42,241 nt of DNA from a virus (Duplodnaviria; Caudoviricetes), in the IMG/VR virus record IMGVR_UViG_3300016649_000263, positions 1 through 42,241 of that record, one strand, 5' to 3'. The position numbers were made by a program, and so were the translations under genes. Below the pieces are notes generated by a model. It had not been told where the DNA came from. It saw only the letters and a list, made by a program, of their open reading frames with translations, and did no database searches. Of the stretch, positions 35,740-42,241 are shown piece after piece. Every line of letters starts with the position of its first letter. The first letter of the stretch is position 1.

Positions 35740-36375
35740 TTATGCTGCTGGCAGCTCAACTTTAGAAATTATGGCTAACCTTGTTTCATGGTGATCCGGA
35801 TCACCCCACAACCAAGTTTCTTGAACGCCAACATCATCTTCAGAGGAAATCTTTCTAATCTCTCCGCTCATCATGTCGTAGGCGTAAACGTACATGTCGA
35901 ACGCAATGGCATCATACATCCTTGCTTGCCAGAAGGACATGCCGTCGTGAGTCTGGTTCATATCAGAAACGATCACATCATACCGTTCTAATAGATATCC
36001 GAAGAAAATCAGCCCAGCCAGCTCATGCAAAACAGAACGATGGTCGCGTTTTAATGAACGCCAAACAAGAATTTGAGTAACAGGCCTGCAACGTAAAACG
36101 GCATCGGGCTGGAAGACTACCCGGTTGTAATACGCAACATCTTCACTCACATCGTTGATTAGAGCCAACTCAAAGTGTTCCTGAGAAATCCTATCAGGCA
36201 TGCGGTTTTCAACACGCACTAAGCGATAACCAGGAGCCAGCATCATACCTTTAACTTCCGACGTGATATCAACGCCATTTGCTAAGGCTGAGTACAGGGC
36301 ACGGTTATCCTGGCCTTCGTTCAGATGAGCGAATACCTCATTAACCTTTGCGGCATTTACCAGATTTTTTGGCAT
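35740..36375 (-). CDS. Hypothetical protein, possible GNAT-like fold
   Basis: 211 aa; TQILVWR...IVSDMNQTHDGMSFW; operator upstream. Confidence 0.6.
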   Translation of the reverse strand: MPKNLVNAAKVNEVFAHLNEGQDNRALYSALANGVDITSEVKGMMLAPGYRLVRVENRMPDRISQEHFELALINDVSEDVAYYNRVVFQPDAVLRCRPVTQILVWRSLKRDHRSVLHELAGLIFFGYLLERYDVIVSDMNQTHDGMSFWQARMYDAIAFDMYVYAYDMMSGEIRKISSEDDVGVQETWLWGDPDHHETRLAIISKVELPAA

Positions 36376-36438
36376 ATGTGCACCCCATATTTATCAAAAG
36401 GTAATGGCTGGTTAGCAAGTTGCTCAACCGACATCCGG

Positions 36439-36453
36439 TTACCTTATTGGTAA
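36439..36453. promoter_or_regulatory. Repressor operator
   Basis: TTACC-TTATT-GGTAA. Confidence 0.75.
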
Positions 36454-36539
36454 TTCTACGTGAGAGCGGTAGATTTGCAAACAAAAAAGATTACTCAGAG
36501 AATACTCTACAGGCGCCGGGATCCCGACGCCTGATCAGC

Positions 36540-37289
36540 TTACTGAATCTTCGTAGCCTGCTGGATGTACGCCGCATGGGTAGCGATGTCCAACAATAAC
36601 TTCTGCTGCTGCGCCAGCATGTATCGCACGATCTCCAGTTCACGATGCGCACCTGACACGTCATGGCCGTTCTCCGCCAGCTCGCGGAGCAGGGCATGCA
36701 ACTGCGTCTTTCCTTTATCTGACAGAACCGCTGGCAGGAATTCCGCCGGGCCGACGTTCTCGTTGCTGTAGTGATACTGGTTCTGCACAGCCTTCATGAT
36801 CATCGGCACACACTCGTCGGCAATGCGCTGCGCTGCTTTGCTGGTGGTGGCAGTTTTACCCCGGCGGCCGTCGCGGATGGTCATGGTGCTGGCGTTAGAT
36901 GTGCCGACCAGATCGGCGAGAACTTCCGGCTGGCGCTGTGAGTATTGCCCAGTCTGGCGGATGGCCGGCAGCACTTCGCTGGTAACCCATTTGCGGAAAC
37001 GATAGGGGATAGTGCCAGGTGTCACCGCATCGCGGCAGCGCAGGATCAGGGTGTAGAGGCCAGACTCGGAAATAACCTGTACGTTAGGGTTGCCACGATT
37101 ACCGTCGGTTAAACCGACAGTATTTTTTTCGTCGTCATCCAGTTTCAAAAGCGCATCGCGGTTATTGCTAATGCCAATGGCATTGCACACATCAGCGGCT
37201 ACAAACCATGGTGAATTGTTAATCTGAATGGTACGGATTTTGGCCGTGGATTCAAAGCTGAATGAGGTAGTGCAAGTTTGCGTTTTCAT
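36540..37289 (-). CDS. BRO-N domain antirepressor with Ant-like C-terminus
   Basis: PWFVAADVC.A..I.N.RDAL..LDDDEK...ISESGLY.LI.R...F.KWVT.EVLP.IR.TG.Y; true start ATG 37289 with AGGAG RBS. Confidence 0.85.
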   Translation of the reverse strand: MKTQTCTTSFSFESTAKIRTIQINNSPWFVAADVCNAIGISNNRDALLKLDDDEKNTVGLTDGNRGNPNVQVISESGLYTLILRCRDAVTPGTIPYRFRKWVTSEVLPAIRQTGQYSQRQPEVLADLVGTSNASTMTIRDGRRGKTATTSKAAQRIADECVPMIMKAVQNQYHYSNENVGPAEFLPAVLSDKGKTQLHALLRELAENGHDVSGAHRELEIVRYMLAQQQKLLLDIATHAAYIQQATKIQ

Positions 37290-37340
37290 GGTGAATCTCC
37301 TGTAATTTTTGGAGTCACCACCTGAGGTTCCAATCTCGCT

Positions 37341-37420
37341 GGTGGTGAGCTGAACAGGGTTGGAACTACCGGGATACAGGAAACCGGCCAGCCCGAAGGC
37401 TGCCCCGCCCAGCCCACCAT
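37341..37420 (-). ncRNA. C4-type antisense RNA (P1 c4/P4 CI family)
   Basis: ATGGTGGGCTGGGCGGGGCAGCCTTCGGGCTGGCCGG...GGTAGTTCCAACCCTGTTCAGCTCACCACC cloverleaf; GTTCCAA complementary to TTGGAAC upstream (37490-37498) and downstream (37326-37334); TCCTGTA complementary to TACAGGA at the BRO gene RBS. Confidence 0.85.
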
Positions 37421-37558
37421 TGAGATGTAGCTGTGCCGCACAAATAAAAAACACGCTGATGCGCGTGTATGTGCGCCCATATCTTTCGGGGTTCCAATCC
37501 CGGCACCAGATTTTGCTGGTGCATAACCACTATGGCGCATTATTTGCGGTGTGTAAAC

Positions 37559-37573
37559 TTACCAAAAAGGTAA
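37559..37573. promoter_or_regulatory. Operator upstream of the C4/BRO unit
   Basis: TTACC-AAAAA-GGTAA. Confidence 0.75.
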
Positions 37574-37654
37574 CTTTTTCACAATATAAATGCGGAATGT
37601 TTACCGTTAGAGGGTGAGAGCGCCGCCTGCACAACGGCGCGGGACCGGTAACGA

Positions 37655-37924
37655 TCACATCTCGCTGCGCGCCTTCTGCAACAAGTATGTGAGGTGCGTC
37701 TCAATATCTCGCAGCGTCTCCTGATTGCTGGTGACATAGTTCAGCAGGGCTTTCAGCTCAGTCATCGCACCCGAGATGTCATAACCTTCTTCATAGAGCT
37801 GAAGCAGGAGCCTCTCAATATTTGACCCTGTCTTTAGCCCGGCAACGCCTTCTGGCGTATGTACCTGTTCTGAATAATCATCTGTGCACGGATAGTGATA
37901 TTCGTTTACTTCCCCAGCTCGCAT
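37655..37924 (-). CDS. ant: SPC32H-type antirepressor Ant
   Basis: YH.P......VHTP.GV..L...S....LL..L...GY...G...EL.AL.NYVTS.Q.T..D..THL.Y resembles SPC32H Ant; ATG 37924 with GGAGGT RBS; same position next to the tailspike. Confidence 0.8.
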   Translation of the reverse strand: MRAGEVNEYHYPCTDDYSEQVHTPEGVAGLKTGSNIERLLLQLYEEGYDISGAMTELKALLNYVTSNQETLRDIETHLTYLLQKARSEM

Positions 37925-37945
37925 AAAATTTACCTCCAATTAAAA

Positions 37946-37965
37946 TACTGTATGTTTATACATAT
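37946..37965. promoter_or_regulatory. LexA (SOS) box upstream of ant, one mismatch
   Basis: TA-CTGT-ATGTTTAT-ACAT-AT versus consensus CTGT-N8-ACAG. Confidence 0.7.
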
Positions 37966-38016
37966 ATCATAATCTGCTTTTTACGTAAGGGGGGTAAATG
38001 CACGTAAATTAGGAAA

Positions 38017-38031
38017 TTACCCATACGGTAA
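38017..38031. promoter_or_regulatory. Operator between ant and the tailspike gene
   Basis: TTACC-CATAC-GGTAA. Confidence 0.75.
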
Positions 38032-38119
38032 TGATAATTATCTTCACGGGTAATTAAAATTCATATAAGGGTAAATAGGCGGTAAGATGTGCGGATAACC
38101 ACCAACGCGGAGCCGCACC

Positions 38120-40369
38120 ATGACTGTTTCAACCGAGGTTAACCAAGCCGCATACACGGGGAACGGCGTTACCACCGTTTTCCCTTACACATTTCGCATA
38201 TTGAATTCAGCAAACTTAACTGTTACACGGATTGACCTTCTGGAAGTTGAGACAGTTCTGGTGCTTGGCACTGACTACACGGTTACCGGTGCTGGCTCAT
38301 ACAATGGCGGTTCTGTCGTGTTGCCAGAATCACTTCCGAATGGTTACTCACTGGTTATTGAACGTGACCTGGCTGCGATACAGGATACCGACCTGCGTAA
38401 TCAGGGAACCTTCTTTGCCGAGGTTCACGAAGATGCATTCGATTACCTGACAATGCTCGTTCAGCAGGTCACCAGTTGGCTTGGCTTGGCATTGAGGCGC
38501 CCGACGATTAAGTCAAAGTTCTATGATGCCAAACAATACCGCATCGCCAATCTTGCAGACCCTGCAAGCGAGCAAGACGCAGTAAATAACCGCTCCATGA
38601 AAAGCTATGTGGATCAGGCTATTTCAGGGGTGATTGGTGGTTTTGGATGGTTTATTCAGGCTGGCTCTGGTGCGGTGTATCGTACGTTCCAGGATAAGAT
38701 GAGGGACTCAGTTAGCTTATTAGATTTTGGTACTGATACAACAGCTTTGATGAGAGCAATAGCCACCGGTAAAACTGTTAGAATCCCAGCAGGTAATTAC
38801 TCTTTCACCTGTAATACTATTAATTTGCCGAGTAATACTCAGCTATTGTTCGACTCAGCCGCAGTTATTACGTGGGTAAATAACTCAGGGTCTAGCGGAA
38901 GTTCACAGGAAGCATGGTGTTTTAAGTGCACAGGCGTCAATAATATTATCATTTCCGGCGGCACCCATAACTATGCAAATGACACTATTGTGCTTGTAGC
39001 CGTGCAGAGTGCAACAAGCAATTTAATTATTGAATATATGCGCGCTATAGGTCCGCGACTTCTTAATGTGCAAGATGGAACTGGCGCATATGGAAGCAGC
39101 ACCTCATCAACCAGATCTAAAAATATAAACGTTCGCTTTATTACAGGTCAGGTTGTGACCCGTTCATCTACTGGGGCATTCATTTGCATTAGGTTCACTG
39201 ATGGCGGGGTTGTTTCTGATGTAAATGCATATGGCTATTATTATGCAGGCATGTTCTGGGGTGGGGACTCTAATTTCTCCATAGATGGAGCCATGGGTAA
39301 TGAGCGCAAGTGCACAGGGATTACCTTTAAAAATGTTGTTGCAAGCGTCGTATGGGCTGGTGTTTGGGGTTCAATGGGCCACAACATTACAATTGAGAAC
39401 TGCTCTGTAACTGCTATTGATCCTTCGCATAGCGATGTAGGAATTGATTTCGAAGGGTGTACTAACAGCAGAGCATATGGCTGTTATGCCAAGAATTTCC
39501 CTAATGGTTGCCTGGCAACTTTCTTTTATAACTCACAAGTTTCATTTATTAACTGCGACGCAGTTGTAGATAACACCTTGGGGAGACTTGCTAGATTCAA
39601 TAACTCAGGGCAGAACAATAACGCCAGAGATATATTAATCGAAGGTTGCAGGTTTAAATCAATAGGTTTTGTGTCTCTCATTAACCAGAACGGAGCAGCA
39701 CACAATTTAATATTTAAAGGTAACTCTCTGGTTAATACTATGGTTTTATTTATAGCGAATAATAACGGCTATATAGAGGTTTCTGGAAACCAGTTTTCAT
39801 TTGATGTTGTTCCGTCTAATAATTATAACACTTATGGTGTTTATGCCATGTTAGGGGTTGGTGGATTTCATGGTGGCTTAACCGGTATTGGCGCAGGTTC
39901 ATCTGCAAAATCATTGTGTAAGGATAACTGGTTCTCGTCTGAGATAACTCTACCATCTCCATCATATGCCACATTTATCCTCAACGTGAGCACAAGCAAG
40001 ACGACAAACATTGATGTTATTGGTGGTGGTACATTATCAGCAGGCGTTGATCACGATCTTGGCCTTGCAAATAATGGCGCTAATGTTGGTATATCGCTTA
40101 GATTTGATGTGAGAGATTATCAGTTCTTTAATTCAAGCTGGACAACAGAAATACTTGGTTCAGCAACGCTGTATCCTAAGGGGACAGTGAAAGGCAAAAA
40201 CAACCTCGGAGTCGTCTGGCCTAATTCCATCACAGATAATTTGAGTTATGCATCGACTTGGTATGATGTGCGCCAAGAGTTTGAGTTAATCACGCCTATC
40301 TCTACTAAGCGAGGTGACCTGGTTTACACGGCAGGGATTGGTACTTCAGCAGCAGTTCGTGACTACTAA
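38120..40369 (+). CDS. Tailspike (podoviral N-terminal anchor plus probable beta-helix depolymerase)
   Basis: YTGNGVTT.FP.TF...HEDAFD.LTM..QQ anchor; RT.QDKMRDSVS..DFG junction; G/N/S/T-rich beta-helix-like body. Confidence 0.85.
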   Translation: MTVSTEVNQAAYTGNGVTTVFPYTFRILNSANLTVTRIDLLEVETVLVLGTDYTVTGAGSYNGGSVVLPESLPNGYSLVIERDLAAIQDTDLRNQGTFFAEVHEDAFDYLTMLVQQVTSWLGLALRRPTIKSKFYDAKQYRIANLADPASEQDAVNNRSMKSYVDQAISGVIGGFGWFIQAGSGAVYRTFQDKMRDSVSLLDFGTDTTALMRAIATGKTVRIPAGNYSFTCNTINLPSNTQLLFDSAAVITWVNNSGSSGSSQEAWCFKCTGVNNIIISGGTHNYANDTIVLVAVQSATSNLIIEYMRAIGPRLLNVQDGTGAYGSSTSSTRSKNINVRFITGQVVTRSSTGAFICIRFTDGGVVSDVNAYGYYYAGMFWGGDSNFSIDGAMGNERKCTGITFKNVVASVVWAGVWGSMGHNITIENCSVTAIDPSHSDVGIDFEGCTNSRAYGCYAKNFPNGCLATFFYNSQVSFINCDAVVDNTLGRLARFNNSGQNNNARDILIEGCRFKSIGFVSLINQNGAAHNLIFKGNSLVNTMVLFIANNNGYIEVSGNQFSFDVVPSNNYNTYGVYAMLGVGGFHGGLTGIGAGSSAKSLCKDNWFSSEITLPSPSYATFILNVSTSKTTNIDVIGGGTLSAGVDHDLGLANNGANVGISLRFDVRDYQFFNSSWTTEILGSATLYPKGTVKGKNNLGVVWPNSITDNLSYASTWYDVRQEFELITPISTKRGDLVYTAGIGTSAAVRDY

Positions 40370-40378
40370 GGGCATCAT

Positions 40379-40576
40379 ATGACATGGGATGAAGCATTAA
40401 TCGCAATAAAATCAGGCGCTAAAATATCGGCCTCCAGGCTTGGTGATGGCGCATACGTTGAATTATCAACAGGTTCAGAAAGTGATATGACATTGCATAG
40501 CGAAAATGGGCAGTTAGAAGGCTGGTCGCCTGCGTTATCTGATCAGTCTTCAAACGAATGGTATGTATTAAATTAA
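40379..40576 (+). CDS. Small DUF2829/Tad2-like protein
   Basis: M.WDEAL.A.K.G.K...W.P...D....W pattern. Confidence 0.5.
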   Translation: MTWDEALIAIKSGAKISASRLGDGAYVELSTGSESDMTLHSENGQLEGWSPALSDQSSNEWYVLN

Positions 40577-40641
40577 GGTAATTTTTATCCGTATGTGAAT
40601 ATTGTGTATCATGATGGCACCTACTTAAAAGGGGCCGCATC

Positions 40642-40962
40642 ATGAACCAAGTTCAAAGCTGGATACAAAACGCATTAAATACCATCGGTAGCTGGATAAC
40701 CTATCTCTGGGCTACCGTTACCGCTGGTACTGCACTTCTCTCACTTCAGGATTACACCTTCATCATCGGTACCGTTGTCGGCGCAATCTTCACTATCAGA
40801 ACCTTTCGTGTTAACCGGGCTGAAAAGCTGGCGTCCATTGCAGATATGCAAAGGCGTACAGATTTGTATGCCGAATTCCTCAGAAATTATGACCCCGCGA
40901 AACCTCCCGCCGCAATTGAGATAGTCCACGAAGCATTGAAACGTGCGAGCAACGACGCATGA
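40642..40962 (+). CDS. Holin (putative)
   Basis: Hydrophobic segments in the N-terminal half; directly upstream of and overlapping the endolysin. Confidence 0.7.
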   Translation: MNQVQSWIQNALNTIGSWITYLWATVTAGTALLSLQDYTFIIGTVVGAIFTIRTFRVNRAEKLASIADMQRRTDLYAEFLRNYDPAKPPAAIEIVHEALKRASNDA

Positions 40963-41477
40963 GCGCCATCAGGAAGGCCGGTAAAGCCGGTGCATCTGTT
41001 TGTTCTGTCATGGCAATCATCGCCATGGTGGTGGCCAGCGGGCAGGTCAGAACCAGTGAGCCGGGGCTGGAACTGATCGGTAATGCTGAGTCTTGCCAGC
41101 GTGACCCGTACAAATGCCCGGCAGATGTCTGGACTGATGGCGTTGGCAACACGCACGGCGTCAAGCCGGGTATCCGCAAGACTGATGCGCAGATCGCCGC
41201 TGACTGGGAAAGGAACATCCTTGATGCGGAGAAGTGCGTTAACCGTTATGCCAACGGCGATAAGTTGAAGCAGGGGGCGTTTGATGCTGCCGTGAGCGTG
41301 ACGTTTAACATGGGCTGTCCGGCAATGCAGAAGTCCACGATGTTCTGGATGTTCAGGCAGGGCCGGATCACCGATGGGTGTAATCAGCTACCGCGCTGGG
41401 TGTACGCCGACGGCAAGGTGTTGCCCGGCCTGGTCACTCGGCGTAATAAGGAGAAGGTATTATGTCTAACCCCGTAA
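40959..41477 (+). CDS. SAR endolysin, P1 Lyz-type (GH24)
   Basis: N-terminal SAR with Cys15; E44-C53-T59 triad and Cys46 as in P1 Lyz (GLELIGNAE.C.RDPY.CPA.VWTDG.GNTH). Confidence 0.9.
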   Translation: MSAIRKAGKAGASVCSVMAIIAMVVASGQVRTSEPGLELIGNAESCQRDPYKCPADVWTDGVGNTHGVKPGIRKTDAQIAADWERNILDAEKCVNRYANGDKLKQGAFDAAVSVTFNMGCPAMQKSTMFWMFRQGRITDGCNQLPRWVYADGKVLPGLVTRRNKEKVLCLTP

Positions 41478-41848
41478 AAGGCATCGCCTATATCATCATC
41501 GTTCTGCTGGCGCTAAGTGCTGTTGTTGGCCTCGGTGCGTGGCTGGCCGGACGGCATTACCAGCCCACCATCGACAAGCTGAATGACTCACTTTCCAAAT
41601 GCAGCAGCCTGAAGGATCAGGCCAATGCCACCATTATCTCGCAGAACGCTGCAATAACCGCGCTGCAGCAGGCGGGAGCGGACAGGGAGAGGGCCGCTAA
41701 GGATGCCGTGGCCGCTGCCAGAGAATTAGCAAAGGATGATTACGGCAAAGCCAGTGACGTTCTGGCCGAGCGTGTAGACAGTCCTGACGTTTGCGCCGCT
41801 GCATCATCTGCGTTCGATGCTGAGCTGGCGCGGGAGCGTGCGAAATGA
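41462..41848 (+). CDS. i-spanin (Rz-like)
   Basis: N-terminal TM helix and coiled-coil periplasmic domain after the endolysin. Confidence 0.75.
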   Translation: MSNPVKGIAYIIIVLLALSAVVGLGAWLAGRHYQPTIDKLNDSLSKCSSLKDQANATIISQNAAITALQQAGADRERAAKDAVAAARELAKDDYGKASDVLAERVDSPDVCAAASSAFDAELARERAK

Positions 41849-42126
41849 AATGGCTAATGATAATTCTGGTTTTCGTCCTGACCGGTTGCTCTGGGCGCGC
41901 CGCTGTTCCGGAGCCAGTTTATGTTGAAGTGAAAGTCCCGGTGCAGGTACCATGTGATCCTGGTGTAATCGAAGCGCCAGCCTTCGCAGTGGACCGGTTG
42001 CCGATCGGTTCTTCCATCGATAAACAGATGCGGGCGTTGCGTGCTGAGCGTCACCAGCGCATCGGTTACGAGAAAGAGCTGAATGCTGCTGTCGATTCCT
42101 GCCGTGCCACTGCAAAGCCGGGTTAA
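41845..42126 (+). CDS. o-spanin lipoprotein (Rz1-like)
   Basis: Lipobox VLTGC, Pro-rich segment, C-terminal Cys; 4-nt overlap with the i-spanin. Confidence 0.8.
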   Translation: MKWLMIILVFVLTGCSGRAAVPEPVYVEVKVPVQVPCDPGVIEAPAFAVDRLPIGSSIDKQMRALRAERHQRIGYEKELNAAVDSCRATAKPG

Positions 42127-42241
42127 CTTCTTCCCCAAACGGTACCAGAGACGGTATATTGAATTTGGTTGATTTAAAAAATTAACAAAATCAATGGAAT
42201 AAAGCGCCAGTTAATAATCAAATGTCAGGAATTAAAGAAAA

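Larger units (their letters stand above)
235..42226. mobile_element. Temperate podovirus prophage, epsilon15/phiV10/SPC32H-like; boundaries approximate
   Basis: Integrase at left, lysis cassette at right, full set of immunity, replication, packaging, head, tail and ejection genes; Rep/Ant pair and gp10-like staple resemble epsilon15/SPC32H. Ends inferred from host yccF and from (G)ACGGTA arm-like repeats at both ends. Confidence 0.9.

Noticed and set aside
37286-37540. 84-aa 'Ash-family'-like ORF and the 55-aa N-terminal extension of the BRO ORF (to 37454)
   Set aside because: Both are conceptual translations of the C4 RNA and its targets; the strong RBS supports ATG 37289. A regulatory leader peptide cannot be excluded.
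38120-40576. Diversity-generating retroelement, as in the structurally related Bordetella phage BPP-1
   Set aside because: No reverse transcriptase gene and no template/variable repeat pair seen
42220-42226. AAATGTC as a confirmed att core
   Set aside because: A 7-bp match can arise by chance and the right flank is too short to verify; kept only as a hypothesis

Overview
Apart from ~0.25 kb of host DNA at the left end (5' part of yccF), the window is an apparently complete ~42 kb temperate podovirus prophage of the epsilon15/phiV10/SPC32H type in an Enterobacterales host. Gene order: tyrosine integrase; a leftward early operon (two methyltransferases, ANR-family, AlpA/Xis-like, RecT/RecE); a non-cleavable Rep repressor and Cro; replication genes; RuvC-like and TraR-like genes; terminase; head, tail and ejection proteins; an accessory/antirepressor block; tailspike; holin, SAR endolysin and spanins. 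A TTACC-N5-GGTAA operator recurs more than 10 times across the genome. The most striking element is a ~1.1 kb antisense cassette between terL and the portal region (18272-19361). A sigma70 promoter overlapped by an operator drives ~640 nt of tandem structured non-coding RNA modules: tRNA-like units, a kissing loop and two RNase III-like stems. These end in a terminator-bearing sRNA with a 19-nt copy of the RprA seed, followed by a Gp49/Sf6-gp66 (Acb4-like) gene. That 3' RNA also has two perfect 11-12 nt complements to the ribosome-binding region of a small secreted-protein gene 17 kb away in the same prophage. A second notable module has two antirepressors: an SPC32H-like Ant behind a one-mismatch SOS box, and a C4-RNA-controlled BRO-N protein with an Ant-like C-terminus. 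Family assignments come from recalled motifs; no database searches were run.
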